From the NCBI GenBank assembly GCA_023954355.1, contig JAMLID010000001.1, forward strand, positions 68,361 through 132,360: a stretch of DNA of 64,000 bases, written 5' to 3'. Position numbers and translations under genes: made by a program. Under the pieces are notes generated by a model. That model was not told where the DNA came from. It searched no databases and saw only the letters and a list, made by a program, of their open reading frames with translations. Origin of the DNA: Oligoflexia bacterium. GTDB lineage: Bacteria; Bdellovibrionota; UBA1018; CAIPTA01. This document shows positions 39,526-51,895 of the stretch, piece by piece (the stretch's first letter is position 1; every line of letters starts with the position of its first letter).

Positions 39526-39680
39526 ATGGGTCTCCTATATAATTTTAAGCGACGCGAAAATATAATATTTAATTAAATTGGTCAAGAAATGGGCTATTTT
39601 TTTTAACTATTTGATAATTAAGAGCTTTATTTAACATATTAAATTTGTCAGTTAATTTTTAGCATGCTATAACCATTTAC

Positions 39681-40157
39681 ATGAAGGCTTTTTTTATCTG
39701 TCTTTTTTCTGTATTCGTCACACAAATTGCTCATGGTGGGTTTGCTGTAGATATCTACGTACCTCGTTTTGAGACAGTATTAGAGAATGTTGGCGACTCT
39801 ATTCAATGCGAACCAGTAGAGACCCCCGGATATGGCTATTTGATCGAGAAAAAAGAAGAGGGTATTTTTTTGATTCCTTTTTCGGCGGGTAAACCTCAGC
39901 CAGAAGAAAGGCACTTATGGATGAAGGTAAAGGATTACGGTGATCCTTTAACGACATATCTTTCTCATTATAAGAGAGATGGTGAGTATGGATCATATTT
40001 TGAGCTTTTAATTTTTAGTAATTACAACTTCAAAATTAATGGAGTAGTCGGCTACGCAATGTTTACTGAGGCTTTTTATACCAAAAAAGAAGATGGTAGT
40101 GAGCATGAAACATTGAAGCCTTTAGCAAAGCCGCTTCTAAGCTGTACAGTGCTTTAA
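39681..40157 (+). CDS. Secreted hypothetical protein
   Basis: Signal peptide MKAFFICLFSVFVTQIAHG. Confidence 0.35.
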   Translation: MKAFFICLFSVFVTQIAHGGFAVDIYVPRFETVLENVGDSIQCEPVETPGYGYLIEKKEEGIFLIPFSAGKPQPEERHLWMKVKDYGDPLTTYLSHYKRDGEYGSYFELLIFSNYNFKINGVVGYAMFTEAFYTKKEDGSEHETLKPLAKPLLSCTVL

Positions 40158-40275
40158 TTCTAGTAACTTATATAGAAAAGTACCGCCCCCATTTTATTAA
40201 TCTATTTTTATGATGTGTTTCTTGCACTAGTCGGTGTAAGCATTGAAAAATCATTAAAATCAGGGGAAGAAGTAT

Positions 40276-41745
40276 ATGTACCAAAAAGCCATAGATAGAT
40301 TTAAAGAGATTCAAATTCTTGGTTCGATTTCTTCGTTACTCCACTGGGATATGGAGGCAATTATGCCTTCTGGTGGTGCTGAAAGTAGGGGAGAGCAAAT
40401 TGGTCTATTGGCTAAATTTTCTCATCGCGCATTAACAGATAAAGAGTTTATCAAGAGTGTTGATTCTATAGATGACTCTACGCTCTCGGATGAAGAAAAA
40501 AGGCAAGCCTACTTATTACGAAAATATGTCTATCGAGCAAATACCTTAGAGGAGAGTTTTGTTGAAAAGTTAAGTACTCAAGAAGTAAAAACGCATTCAG
40601 ATTGGAAGCTTGCTAAAGAACAAAAAAGTTTTGCTAAAGTAAAAGATTCTTTTGAACGCTTACTTGAGCTTAAAAGAGACGAAGCCCGAAAATTACAAGA
40701 GTCTTCTAATATGAAGGCATTCTATTCTGGGAAAACTATATACGAAGTTATGTTAGATGATTATGAGCCAGAGTATTCTGCGAGTCAGATTCGTTCAACT
40801 CTTGAATCTTTAACTCAAAAAACGAGAGCTATATTTCCAAAAATTAAAGCAGCTCAAGAAGGCTGGGTTGTTAAATCATTTCCTATGGATAAAGAAAAAC
40901 AATATCAACTAGGACTTGAAGTATCTCGCTCAATGGGGCTTGATTATACAAAAACACGTCTCGATACGTCGACTCATCCATTTTGTACGAGCATAAATCG
41001 TGAATTAAGAATTACTACACGTTACGATGAAAAAGATTTTACTGAAAGCTTGTTAGGCGTAGTTCATGAGGCAGGCCATGGTCTTTATGAGCAAGGGCTC
41101 CCAGAAAAGTGGAGAAATACTCCTATGGGGCAAGCGGTTTCTTCTGGTGTACACGAATCACAGAGCCGATTTTTTGAAAATATTATTGGGCGTAGTAGGT
41201 CTTTTTGTTCTTATTTGGCAAACAAATTACAAATGAATGAGCAAGAAATTTTTCAGGCATTAAATGCGGTTAGAAGCTCATATATTCGAACTGAATCTGA
41301 TGAAGTTACATATAATTTGCACATAGCTCTTCGATTTAAGTTAGAAGAGCAACTTGTTATGGGTGATTTGAGTATTCAAAATTTGATTGGAGCATGGAAC
41401 CATGAATTTGAAAGCTCATTTGGTCTTAAAATTGAAAGTGATGACCAAGGTGTTTTACAGGATATCCATTGGTTTAGTGGAGCATTTGGATACTTTCCGA
41501 CTTATTCTTTGGGGAATTTATTTGCGGCAGAGTTGTTTGAGTTGTTTACCAAGAAATATCCAAACTGGGCTGAGCAGATAGAAAAGGGCGACTTTTCTCA
41601 AGCACGAGAATTTCTTAATGAGAGCGTGCATAGCCGAGCATCTAGGCAAAATAGTACTCATTTAATTCGTAATGTTTTAGGAAGAGATCTCAGCGAACAA
41701 GCTCATATGAAATATCTTGAAAAGAAATACTTGAGTAGCCAATAA
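40276..41745 (+). CDS. Carboxypeptidase Taq-like metallopeptidase (M32)
   Basis: HEAGHGLYEQG (HEXXH) and downstream GAFGYFPTYSLGN, typical of M32. 489 aa. Confidence 0.75.
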   Translation: MYQKAIDRFKEIQILGSISSLLHWDMEAIMPSGGAESRGEQIGLLAKFSHRALTDKEFIKSVDSIDDSTLSDEEKRQAYLLRKYVYRANTLEESFVEKLSTQEVKTHSDWKLAKEQKSFAKVKDSFERLLELKRDEARKLQESSNMKAFYSGKTIYEVMLDDYEPEYSASQIRSTLESLTQKTRAIFPKIKAAQEGWVVKSFPMDKEKQYQLGLEVSRSMGLDYTKTRLDTSTHPFCTSINRELRITTRYDEKDFTESLLGVVHEAGHGLYEQGLPEKWRNTPMGQAVSSGVHESQSRFFENIIGRSRSFCSYLANKLQMNEQEIFQALNAVRSSYIRTESDEVTYNLHIALRFKLEEQLVMGDLSIQNLIGAWNHEFESSFGLKIESDDQGVLQDIHWFSGAFGYFPTYSLGNLFAAELFELFTKKYPNWAEQIEKGDFSQAREFLNESVHSRASRQNSTHLIRNVLGRDLSEQAHMKYLEKKYLSSQ

Positions 41746-41825
41746 CGATAGCGTGTATGATTGATCTCTTCTAATGCATTAAGCAATTTCTTCCGATATC
41801 CTTTATAGGAAAAGGAACAATCAGA

Positions 41826-42890
41826 ATGAAGAGTAAAGTCTTTTTATGTTTAGGGTTTTTGTTAAGTTCTAGCTCTGTTTTTGCAAGTTCACATGATGTA
41901 GAGGTTACTGCAAGTGCGTTAAATGTGAGAGAAACAGGTGGAGCTATTCTTTGCACAATCCCTAGAGGAACAAAAGTAGAAGCCGTGGGTAAGCACGCTG
42001 ATGGAGAGCGTGTGAAGATTAAAATGAGTGCACCGGGCTGTCCAAGTGAAGGTTATGTATACTCAAATTATGTTCGTCCTATTGTTGCTTTAGAGGTTGC
42101 GACTAGTCCTTCTGTTTCTGGACTTGCTCTACGTTCGGCACCTACAACAAAAGGCAAAACCTTAGAATGTCGTATTAACCCATCAAATGGCGTGACTATT
42201 CTTCCAGATAAAGCTCAATACTCTGACGAAGTAACCTGGGTGAAGGTACGAACAAATACTCCAGGATGTCCTAGTGAAGGTTATGTGGCTAAATTTTACT
42301 TAAAGCCTGTAGATCTTTTTTCTGATTTAGAAATTGTTGAAGGAACGACGACAGAAGATTGCGTAATTTGTGAAAGCCTTTCAAAAGGCCTTAAGCTAGA
42401 TGGGGCAGGAGGAGCTTTACAAAAGTTTTCAAGAGACTTAGGTAATACTCTTGACGGTAAGTCTTTAGATAAAGCACAGGCACTGGCTAGAGAAGCAAGA
42501 AATGCAGCCAGTCGTTGTCGTGCTTATGCTCCTCATGTGTGTAAGCGTAGAGGAAAAAAACACCCATGCGGATCAAGCTGCTCTATGGGTAAGTCAAAGG
42601 GCTGGTGTAAGGCTGGGGTTAGAGAAGCGGCTGAGAAGGCTTTAGGGTTTACGATTCCTTCTGGTGCTGCAAATACAAAAGCCGTTACCAGAACGCTAAG
42701 TTCTCGTATGACAAAATTAAATGTGCAATCCTGTGCTGCAGCTCCAGTGGGAGCGATATGTCAGTATACAGGTGGTTGGCACGGCTTTGGTCATATTGAA
42801 GTAAAAGCAGGTAAGAGCCAATACTGTAGTGATTACTGCGCGGCAGCCCCTATACGCGGTAGAACATTTATGGGAGCATATTTTCCATGA
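41826..42890 (+). CDS. Secreted Cys-rich protein with two SH3b-like repeats
   Basis: Signal peptide. Tandem repeats ...VR.....C.IP.GTKV......ADG..VK......PGCPSEGYV....Y..P. Confidence 0.4.
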   Translation: MKSKVFLCLGFLLSSSSVFASSHDVEVTASALNVRETGGAILCTIPRGTKVEAVGKHADGERVKIKMSAPGCPSEGYVYSNYVRPIVALEVATSPSVSGLALRSAPTTKGKTLECRINPSNGVTILPDKAQYSDEVTWVKVRTNTPGCPSEGYVAKFYLKPVDLFSDLEIVEGTTTEDCVICESLSKGLKLDGAGGALQKFSRDLGNTLDGKSLDKAQALAREARNAASRCRAYAPHVCKRRGKKHPCGSSCSMGKSKGWCKAGVREAAEKALGFTIPSGAANTKAVTRTLSSRMTKLNVQSCAAAPVGAICQYTGGWHGFGHIEVKAGKSQYCSDYCAAAPIRGRTFMGAYFP

Positions 42891-43387
42891 GAGGTTTTAT
42901 GTTTAAAAAATCGTTGGTTATCTCTTTAAGTTTAAGCTTTTTTACAGCTGGAGCATCCTTTGCAGACTCATGTAGCTATTGTGCGAAAATAACAGAAATT
43001 AAAAAAGATTTTTCAAAAGTGAAGCCTGACTCCATGAATGAAAAAACCATTGATAAGCAAAACGCTCTAGTAGATCGCTCCATCGAGCTAATTAAAGATG
43101 TAATTAAAAAGAATCCAAAAATTCCAGACAGTGATATGAAAAATATTATTTCTTTGATGGTAGTAGCTGTGGACTACGATTACCAAAATCTTATGTCTGA
43201 AGATGTTTTAGGTGTGCTACAGCCTGAAATTGAAAGATTTTTTAAAACTATTACTTCTTTAGAAAAAGAGAAGAAAATCACAAGTAAGCAGGCAGACGAA
43301 TTACGTACAGCTATGGCTGTAGCTGAAGAAGTCGGTAAGTCTGGCACTGATCCAGAGGCTCCTGCGGAAGACGAAGTTTCTAATTAA
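42887..43387 (+). CDS. Secreted hypothetical protein
   Basis: Signal peptide. Overlaps the upstream gene by 4 nt. Confidence 0.35.
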   Translation: MRGFMFKKSLVISLSLSFFTAGASFADSCSYCAKITEIKKDFSKVKPDSMNEKTIDKQNALVDRSIELIKDVIKKNPKIPDSDMKNIISLMVVAVDYDYQNLMSEDVLGVLQPEIERFFKTITSLEKEKKITSKQADELRTAMAVAEEVGKSGTDPEAPAEDEVSN

Positions 43388-43461
43388 TACAAATCTTTCC
43401 ATATCAGCAACGCTGATGGTTAATCTCGCCATAAACAATACGTCGGATAAGATATATTATG

Positions 43462-44085
43462 TTACAGAACTATGCTGGCCGGAGGTGATGGATCTGTTTT
43501 GTCTGCGCTTTCGCAAGGTTTTGTGGGATTTTTTAAATCCTCTAAATTTACCTCTTTGAGCTCAGACTTTAATCCCCACAGCTTTTCTAATTTAGCTGGA
43601 GCATGCGAGGCAAGCCAGGCTAATAAGCCATATTTTAAATATCTTCCGGCAAAAACTAAAAGAAAGACTTCTAGTCCAGGCATTTGCACTAATCCAGCAA
43701 GAGCCACAGCTGGATGTTGCATAAAAGGACTTAGTGAGACCAAAAAAAGAGCAAAGCCCCCCCACTGTTCCATAAGATTCGCCGTGTAAATCCAAGTACG
43801 GCTTTGGTCAATATTCGGAACAATATCTAAAATAAAAGGCAATCCATAGGCCTCTACAAGCTGGCTTAGGGCTAATGCACCTAATGAAGAGCCTAGAGTC
43901 ACAATAGAGAAGATGAATATCCATCGCTTCGGAGAACAAAAAACTGCCGATATAAGCAAGCCATCTGTTGGAATGATCACAATAAAGTGATCAATTAAGG
44001 CCAAAAAAGAAACTACCGGCGCGTACCACCAGCGATTGCCATACTTTTGTAGGCGAGAAACCCAGAGTCGAACTTCTTCAGACAT
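43462..44085 (-). CDS. DedA/YqaA (VTT-domain)-like membrane protein
   Basis: Four to five transmembrane segments. Resembles YqaA-type small membrane proteins. Weak. Confidence 0.35.
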   Translation of the reverse strand: MSEEVRLWVSRLQKYGNRWWYAPVVSFLALIDHFIVIIPTDGLLISAVFCSPKRWIFIFSIVTLGSSLGALALSQLVEAYGLPFILDIVPNIDQSRTWIYTANLMEQWGGFALFLVSLSPFMQHPAVALAGLVQMPGLEVFLLVFAGRYLKYGLLAWLASHAPAKLEKLWGLKSELKEVNLEDLKNPTKPCESADKTDPSPPASIVL

Positions 44086-44154
44086 AAGACTAGTGTAATG
44101 GGAAACTTCAAAAACCCAAGAAGAAGCGGCTGCGCTAAGTCGATTTCTAACGAA

Positions 44155-44194
44155 AATAAAAAACCCAAGCTAAATAATCAGCTTGGGTTTTTGC
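44155..44194. terminator. Rho-independent terminator 3' of rplX-like gene
   Basis: aaacccaagc-taaataatca-gcttgggttttt. Flanked by A-run and T-run, so it works on either strand. Confidence 0.6.
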
Positions 44195-44210
44195 ATTCAG
44201 ACGTTAAAGG

Positions 44211-44543
44211 CTATGCTTTAAGTTCTGTGCCTGTTTTCTTGAAAGTACGGATTCTTTCGCCCTTTTTGCCTTGAACGATTTTGATTCTTCCGCCCTTATT
44301 GGTTTTTGGATCAACTAGGCTGATATTTGATAAGTGAATCGCCGCTTCTTTTTCGATGATTCCACCTTGTTGATTGGTTTGGCTAGGCTTTGTATGTCTT
44401 TTTACACGGTTAACGCCTTCTACAAAAACACGAGTTTTGTTCGGGTTATCTTTACCAGTAACGCCTACTACCTTACCTTGTTTGCCTTTATCTTTACCTG
44501 CGATTACTTCAACGAGATCGCCTTTTTTAATTTTTAATTTCAT
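44211..44543 (-). CDS. rplX: Ribosomal protein L24 (KOW domain)
   Basis: [25 protein letters not shown]...NRVKRHTKP...[17 protein letters not shown] aligns closely with E. coli L24. Confidence 0.8.
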   Translation of the reverse strand: MKLKIKKGDLVEVIAGKDKGKQGKVVGVTGKDNPNKTRVFVEGVNRVKRHTKPSQTNQQGGIIEKEAAIHLSNISLVDPKTNKGGRIKIVQGKKGERIRTFKKTGTELKA

Positions 44544-44555
44544 GGCTTTTTATCC

Positions 44556-44705
44556 TTATCGTTTTTCTACGTGCCAGGTGTGTTTACGTAAGGCTTTGCA
44601 GTATTTTTTCTTACGGATTTTATCTGGCGTTTTTGATTTGTTTTTAGTGGTCACGTAATTTACGTGTCCAGATTCTTCGCAAACTAAATAAACTAATGTT
44701 CTCAT
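44556..44705 (-). CDS. rpmG: Ribosomal protein L33 (Cys-poor form)
   Basis: MRTLVYLVCEESGHVNYVTTKNKSKTPDKIRKKKYCKALRKHTWHVEKR. The L33 core is NY.TTKNK...P..L..KKYC...H. Only 2 of the 4 zinc-ribbon Cys positions remain. Not in the ORF track because it is under 60 aa. Confidence 0.8.
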   Translation of the reverse strand: MRTLVYLVCEESGHVNYVTTKNKSKTPDKIRKKKYCKALRKHTWHVEKR

Positions 44706-44708
44706 AGA

Positions 44709-44924
44709 TTAAAAGCTCCCGTTAGGAATCAAAGCGATCTGTCTAGCTCTCTTAACAGCTCTAGCTAACTGTCTTTGTTGTTTTGCGCTCAAGCGGTTTA
44801 CTCTAGCGGCGATGATTTTCCCCCCTGGAGTGGTAAATTGAGAAAGCATATCTACATCTTTATAGTCAAAAGATGTTTCTTTTGTAATTTTTGGGCGGCG
44901 TTTAAAAAACCCTTGTTCAGCCAT
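44709..44924 (-). CDS. rpsR: Ribosomal protein S18 (no Cys)
   Basis: MAEQGFFKRRPK...DYKDVDMLSQFTTPGGKIIAARVNRLSAKQQRQLARAVKRARQIALIP aligns with S18. AGGAGG Shine-Dalgarno 6 nt upstream of the ATG at 44924. Confidence 0.8.
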   Translation of the reverse strand: MAEQGFFKRRPKITKETSFDYKDVDMLSQFTTPGGKIIAARVNRLSAKQQRQLARAVKRARQIALIPNGSF

Positions 44925-45279
44925 GAAGATCCTCCTGTATAAATCTAAGGTCCCAGGCCCGTCAAAGGCACTATGAATAATTAGAGACCGAAGATGCATA
45001 GGTATGCCTTAGAATGATTTGAAAATCAATGCTTTGCTTTGGATTCTCTAGGATTCTCCTTCAAGAGAAGTCTCTTTCTCTTGAGAGCAGATTTTTCAGA
45101 TTCTAAGGGCGCTAATTTTTTTGACTAGAGATGTCAAAAATCCTTGATTTCTTTGAAGAAAATAGTCAACCGAGAGAGCTAAATATGCGATAAATAAAGA
45201 GACAAATATAGTGAAAAAATAAGCCGAAGTTCGGAGATTTTCATTAATAAGAAGTGTGAGATGAGAAAGGAGCTTCATT

Positions 45280-48012
45280 TTGGAAAAGTTCTCTTACGTG
45301 AACGCGCAAAATGTAGGTTATATCGAGCAACTATTTGAGAGCTTTTTGCAAAACCCTGAAAGCGTTGATCCTGAATGGAAAATGTTTTTTGAAGGGATAG
45401 AGTTTGCCAAAAAAATTGGTGGCGCTGTTGGTAATTTCTCAGATAAAGAGCTTAAAGTATTCGAGCTTATTCGCACCTATCGTCATTATGGTCACCGGAA
45501 GGCGAAATTGGATCCACTTGGTTTGAGTGAGCCAAAAGGCCAGCTCTTGGCCTTAAATAGATTTAATTTAGAAGAAAAAGATTTAGAAACGAGCTTTGAA
45601 ATAGGTTCAATTATCGGTTTAAAGGGAGCGAAATTAAAAGAAATCATAGCAAAACTTGAGTATTTGTATTGTGGATCATTCGCTATTGAGTTTACCGATT
45701 GCGAGCCTCATATTGTGCAATGGGTTTTAAATGAATACGAGCAAGCTAATCTAGATTTAGCTAAAGAAACGAGAAAAGCAGCTCTTGATCTTTTGGTAAA
45801 AACCGAAGCTCTTGAGAGATTTATTCATACACGCTTTGTGGGGGCAAAACGATTTTCTGTAGAAGGGGGCGATGCCCTACTTCCGATGATGGATCGATTG
45901 CTTCACTTGGCGGCAAAGAAAAATGCCTTAGAGTTAGTTGTTGGAATGGCCCATAGAGGGCGAGTAAATATGCTCGCAAATTTTTGTGGTAAGCCACTAG
46001 ATTTAATTTTTGCAGAATTTTCAGGAAACCAATTTGCTAACCAAGGCTTCAGTGCTGATGGAGATGTTAAATATCATATGGGATACTCTTCTGATCGAGA
46101 GGTTGAAGGGCAAAAAATTCATATTTCTTTAGCTTTTAATCCAAGTCACTTGGAGGCCGTCGACCCAGTTGTCAGCGGAATGACTCGCGCAAAACAAAGG
46201 CTTCGCAAAGACAATACCGACCGTAAACGTGTGATTCCTATTTTAATTCATGGAGACGCAGCTTTTATTGGTCAAGGTGTAGTAGCTGAAACTTTACAAA
46301 TGTCTCAGTTAGAAGGCTTTACGATTGGTGGAACCATTCATATTGTCGTGAATAACCAGGTGGGTTTTACGACGAATCCTGAATACTCGCGTTCTTCTTA
46401 TTATTGTACCGATGTGGGTAGAGCCCTAAGAGTTCCCGTAATTCATGTGAATGGCGATGATGTTGATGCTTGTCTGCGAGCTATAGAATTAGCATTTCGT
46501 TTTCGACAAGAATTTGGAATGGATGTGATCATTGATCTTGTTTGTTATCGTCGATTTGGTCATAACGAAGCCGATGAGCCAAGTTTTACTCAACCTAAAA
46601 TGTATCAAGCAATCAAGTCGCATCCCACGCCTAAAGAAATATATTGTAAACATTTAGCCGAAGAGGGCATTGGCTCTGAAGGCGATGCTCAAGTGGCTTT
46701 TGATAAAGAGCTAGACCGTATGCAGGCGATTCTAGATAAAACAAGAAGCGAAGAGGTCGCGCCTAAATTTTTCACCCTCGAGGGTGTTTGGAAGGGATTA
46801 CGCCGCCCTTCTCATCAAGATTTTTGGGTTACAGTCGATACGCAAGTACCTATGGATACATTAAAAGAGGTTTCTCATTTAGTGACTTCGTGGCCTGAAG
46901 GGTTTCAGCCGCACCCAAAACTAAAAAAACTTTTAGAGTCGCGATCTAAAATGTTAGAGACTGATTCTGTAGATTGGGGAATGGCTGAACTTCTTTGTTA
47001 TGGTTCATTAATTAAAGAGCAGATTCCTGTGCGAATTTCTGGCCAAGACGTGGGTCGTGGTACGTTCACGCATAGACATTGTATTTTTCATGATTCAGTA
47101 ACAGGGCAAAGGTATTCTCCAATAAATACGATCCACCCAGAAATTGCTGATTTTGTGGCGCATGATTCTTTGCTTTCTGAAATGGCAGTTTTAGGATTCG
47201 AATACGGTAATTCTACCACTGACCCAAGAGCACTAACGATATGGGAAGCGCAGTTTGGTGATTTTGCCAATGGAGCGCAAATTATTATAGATCAGTTTAT
47301 CGCAAGTGCAGAGTCAAAATGGCAAAGAATGACTGGGTTAGTTTTATTGTTACCACATGGATATGAAGGGCAAGGGCCAGAACATTCTAGTGCAAGGCTT
47401 GAGCGTTTTTTACAAATGTGTGCTCAAGATAATATGCAAGTAGCCTACCCTACTACCCCAGCTCAGCTTTTTCATATACTGCGTAGACAAGTGAAAAGAG
47501 ATTTTAGAAAACCACTTATTATTATGAGTCCAAAATCTTTACTTCGTCACCCTAAGGTAATTTCTTCTGCAGATGAATTAGCAAAAGGATCTTTTCAAGA
47601 AATTATCCGTGATTTATCGGCTACTAGAAATGCAGCTGATGTTAAGAAAATTATTTTTTGCACCGGAAAAATATATTTCGAATTAGAGGCCGAAAGAGAC
47701 GAACACTATAAAGATGAAAATGTAGCGATCATTCGAATTGAGCAATTGTATCCTTTTCCAGGAGATCAAATTCTCAATGCAGTTAAGCAGTTTCCGAATG
47801 TGAAACAAATTATCTGGGCACAAGAAGAGCCAAAAAATATGGGAGCATACTCTTTTGTCGCCCCAAGATTACAAGAGCTATTTGCGGGCTTGGCACAAAA
47901 GGGTTTGAGCTTTCGCTATTTAGGGCGAACAGAAAGAGCAAGCCCAGCTATTGGCTCACCAAAAATTCACCAACAAGAGCAATCAGACATCATCAAAGGA
48001 TGCTTTAAATGA
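45280..48012 (+). CDS. sucA: 2-oxoglutarate dehydrogenase E1 component
   Basis: 910 aa. ThDP-dependent OGDH E1 family ([17 protein letters not shown] motifs). Followed by sucB and lpd. Confidence 0.9.
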   Translation: MEKFSYVNAQNVGYIEQLFESFLQNPESVDPEWKMFFEGIEFAKKIGGAVGNFSDKELKVFELIRTYRHYGHRKAKLDPLGLSEPKGQLLALNRFNLEEKDLETSFEIGSIIGLKGAKLKEIIAKLEYLYCGSFAIEFTDCEPHIVQWVLNEYEQANLDLAKETRKAALDLLVKTEALERFIHTRFVGAKRFSVEGGDALLPMMDRLLHLAAKKNALELVVGMAHRGRVNMLANFCGKPLDLIFAEFSGNQFANQGFSADGDVKYHMGYSSDREVEGQKIHISLAFNPSHLEAVDPVVSGMTRAKQRLRKDNTDRKRVIPILIHGDAAFIGQGVVAETLQMSQLEGFTIGGTIHIVVNNQVGFTTNPEYSRSSYYCTDVGRALRVPVIHVNGDDVDACLRAIELAFRFRQEFGMDVIIDLVCYRRFGHNEADEPSFTQPKMYQAIKSHPTPKEIYCKHLAEEGIGSEGDAQVAFDKELDRMQAILDKTRSEEVAPKFFTLEGVWKGLRRPSHQDFWVTVDTQVPMDTLKEVSHLVTSWPEGFQPHPKLKKLLESRSKMLETDSVDWGMAELLCYGSLIKEQIPVRISGQDVGRGTFTHRHCIFHDSVTGQRYSPINTIHPEIADFVAHDSLLSEMAVLGFEYGNSTTDPRALTIWEAQFGDFANGAQIIIDQFIASAESKWQRMTGLVLLLPHGYEGQGPEHSSARLERFLQMCAQDNMQVAYPTTPAQLFHILRRQVKRDFRKPLIIMSPKSLLRHPKVISSADELAKGSFQEIIRDLSATRNAADVKKIIFCTGKIYFELEAERDEHYKDENVAIIRIEQLYPFPGDQILNAVKQFPNVKQIIWAQEEPKNMGAYSFVAPRLQELFAGLAQKGLSFRYLGRTERASPAIGSPKIHQQEQSDIIKGCFK

Positions 48013-49256
48013 AAGTAGAAATAAAAGTTCCTGCCGTAGGAGAATCCATTAACGAAGCGACCATTGCAGAATGGTTAAAGAAAGATGGAGAACAAGTCGC
48101 CAAAAACGACGTTCTCTTAAGTTTAGAAACTGATAAAGCCACCGTAGAGGTTGTAGCTGAACATGCGGGGAAACTTTCAACTAAAGCTAAAGCTGGTGAT
48201 GTTGTTACAATCGGCGCTGTGGTCGGTATGATTGATACTGAATTACAAGGTACTACAATGGCAAATGTGGCTACTGTTAAAGAAGAGGTCACAAAACCAG
48301 CGGCACCAATTAGCGCACCAGCTAGTGCACCAGCAAGTGCAGCTTCTGCCCCTAAACCTGGTGTTAATGAAGTGTTAAGCCCAGCGGTCAGAAGAGTAGT
48401 AGATGAGAGAGGTCTAGATCCGGCGAATATTTCTGGCACTGGTAAAGATGGTAGAATTACAAAATACGATGCGCAGACAGCAAGCGCCAAGCCAGCAGCA
48501 GCCCCAGCGGCAGCGGTAGCTACGGCCCCAGCAATTGCACGAAGCAACACTCCTTCTGGTGGTGAGCGTAGAGTTCCTATGACTACGATTCGTAAACGTA
48601 TTGCTCAACGCCTAGTTGAGGCACAACATAATGCAGCTCTTCTTACAACATTTAATGAAATCGATATGAGTGGTGTAATGGCCGCTAGAGAAAAATATAA
48701 AGACGCATTCAAAGAAAAATATGGAATCTCCCTAGGCTTTATGGGCTTTTTTGTGAAGGCCGCGATCCACGCTCTTCGCGAAGTTCCTGCTGTGAACGCC
48801 TTTATTGATAAAGATGATATGATTTATCATGATTATTATAATATCGGTGTAGCAGTTGGTACAGAAAAGGGTCTACTTGTTCCTGTCATAAAAAATGCAG
48901 AACAGCTATCTATTGCAGGTGTTGAGCTGTCCATTCGTGAGTATGCAAAAAAAGCAAGAGACGGAAAAATATCTCCTGCTGATCTAGGCGGAGGAACTTT
49001 CACGATCTCTAATGGCGGAGTCTATGGTTCGCTAATGAGTACTCCTATTTTGAATCCTCCACAGAGTGGAATTTTAGGAATGCATAAAATAGAAGAGCGC
49101 CCCGTAGTTGTTGATAAACAAATTGTGATTCGCCCAATGATGTATGTTGCTCTTTCTTATGATCATCGAATTATTGATGGCAAAGAAGCGGTTACTTTTT
49201 TAGTGAAAATTAAAGAATCGATTGAAGATCCGCAAAGAATTTTATTGGAGATTTAA
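48009..49256 (+). CDS. sucB: Dihydrolipoyllysine-residue succinyltransferase E2
   Basis: Lipoyl domain [11 protein letters not shown]. Ala/Pro-rich linkers. Catalytic DHRIIDG. ATGA start/stop overlap with sucA. Confidence 0.9.
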   Translation: MKVEIKVPAVGESINEATIAEWLKKDGEQVAKNDVLLSLETDKATVEVVAEHAGKLSTKAKAGDVVTIGAVVGMIDTELQGTTMANVATVKEEVTKPAAPISAPASAPASAASAPKPGVNEVLSPAVRRVVDERGLDPANISGTGKDGRITKYDAQTASAKPAAAPAAAVATAPAIARSNTPSGGERRVPMTTIRKRIAQRLVEAQHNAALLTTFNEIDMSGVMAAREKYKDAFKEKYGISLGFMGFFVKAAIHALREVPAVNAFIDKDDMIYHDYYNIGVAVGTEKGLLVPVIKNAEQLSIAGVELSIREYAKKARDGKISPADLGGGTFTISNGGVYGSLMSTPILNPPQSGILGMHKIEERPVVVDKQIVIRPMMYVALSYDHRIIDGKEAVTFLVKIKESIEDPQRILLEI

Positions 49257-50655
<1,399 letters not shown>

Positions 50656-50664
50656 GTCAATGTC

Positions 50665-51099
50665 TTGAGACATAAGCTGCTCTATCTTTGGAATCTATAC
50701 CCTCCCTTTTTAGGAGCAGGGATTCGCATTACTCATATTTCAAAAGACCTACGTCTTGTGCGTGCTCAAATGAAGCTAAGGTTTTGGAATCGCAATTACG
50801 TAGGTACTCATTTTGGTGGTTCTCTGTATTCTCTTTGTGATGCCTTTCATATGGTAATTTTACTAAATAAATTGAATACAGACTTCATTGTTCGAGATAA
50901 AGGAGCAAGTGTTCGATTCTTGAAAAAAGCCTTAGGTAAAGTAACGGTAGATTTTTCTATAGAAGAGAAAGAATTTTTAGAAATTAAAAAAATGCTATCT
51001 GGAGAAGTGCAAGTACGCACTTATATTGCTAAAATTATAGATGATAATAATGAAACGGTTTGTGAAATAGAAAAGCATATTCATATTCGAAGAAAATGA
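50665..51099 (+). CDS. Hotdog-fold thioesterase-like protein (DUF4442/YiiD_C-like)
   Basis: NYVGTHFGGSLYSLCDAFHMVILL resembles the DUF4442 core. Weak. Confidence 0.4.
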   Translation: MRHKLLYLWNLYPPFLGAGIRITHISKDLRLVRAQMKLRFWNRNYVGTHFGGSLYSLCDAFHMVILLNKLNTDFIVRDKGASVRFLKKALGKVTVDFSIEEKEFLEIKKMLSGEVQVRTYIAKIIDDNNETVCEIEKHIHIRRK

Positions 51100-51105
51100 G
51101 GGGTT

Positions 51106-51891
51106 ATGAGTTCTGTGCTTAATTTGTTCTTATACAATTACCAAGAAAAGAAGAGGTTTTTAGAAGAAAGACTTTCTTCTGGATTAGTTAATCATTATTC
51201 GTTTTCGCAAGTAAAGGTGCCACAAAAAGCAGTAGCTTTTTTAGAAGCGAATCAAGAATATATAAACGAATATAAATATATTCACTCAGTATCAGAAACC
51301 TATTTTCGAGGTAGAATAGCGGATGATTGGAAATCTATTCGCTCACTAGTGCCTTCACATACAAAGTCTATTTTAGATATTGGTAGTGGTATCGGAGGCA
51401 TAAATTTGTTTTTGTTTCATGCTTTGGATAAACCTTTGATTACGTTTGTGGACAAGGCAAAGCGCGAACAAAATGGTATTATTTATGATGTAATCGCTGC
51501 TGGTGAAGAGCTTTTGAGTTTGAATAAAGTTCCGTCAGAAAAAATTATTGGCTTAGATGCAAGTAGTGAGCAACTCATGAGTGACTTAAAAAAGCATACA
51601 TATGATTTTGTTCTTTCTACTAGGGCCTTGGCGTTCACGTTTCCCTACTCTCTTTATAAAAATGTTTTGAAAGAGTCTGTAAATTCTAGAGGTGTTTTAG
51701 TTACTGATATTGTAAAAACTGAAAACCAAAAGGTTTTGGAAAAAGATAAACTATTGACCGACAGATTTTCTAGCGACGGTATGCCTTCATCTCAAAAAGT
51801 ATTAGCTGAAATCGAAGATGATTTTTCGGCTAAAGCTAAAATTGTTTTTGAGACGAAGAGATTCATCCGGATTGCTATTCAAAAAGCATAA
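51106..51891 (+). CDS. Putative class I SAM-dependent methyltransferase
   Basis: Motif I-like ILDIGSGIGGINLF. Confidence 0.4.
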   Translation: MSSVLNLFLYNYQEKKRFLEERLSSGLVNHYSFSQVKVPQKAVAFLEANQEYINEYKYIHSVSETYFRGRIADDWKSIRSLVPSHTKSILDIGSGIGGINLFLFHALDKPLITFVDKAKREQNGIIYDVIAAGEELLSLNKVPSEKIIGLDASSEQLMSDLKKHTYDFVLSTRALAFTFPYSLYKNVLKESVNSRGVLVTDIVKTENQKVLEKDKLLTDRFSSDGMPSSQKVLAEIEDDFSAKAKIVFETKRFIRIAIQKA

Positions 51892-51895
51892 GGCT

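Noticed and set aside
45096-45278. 60-aa minus-strand ORF upstream of sucA.
   Set aside because: Hydrophobic, no homolog motif, and it sits in the sucA promoter region. Probably spurious.
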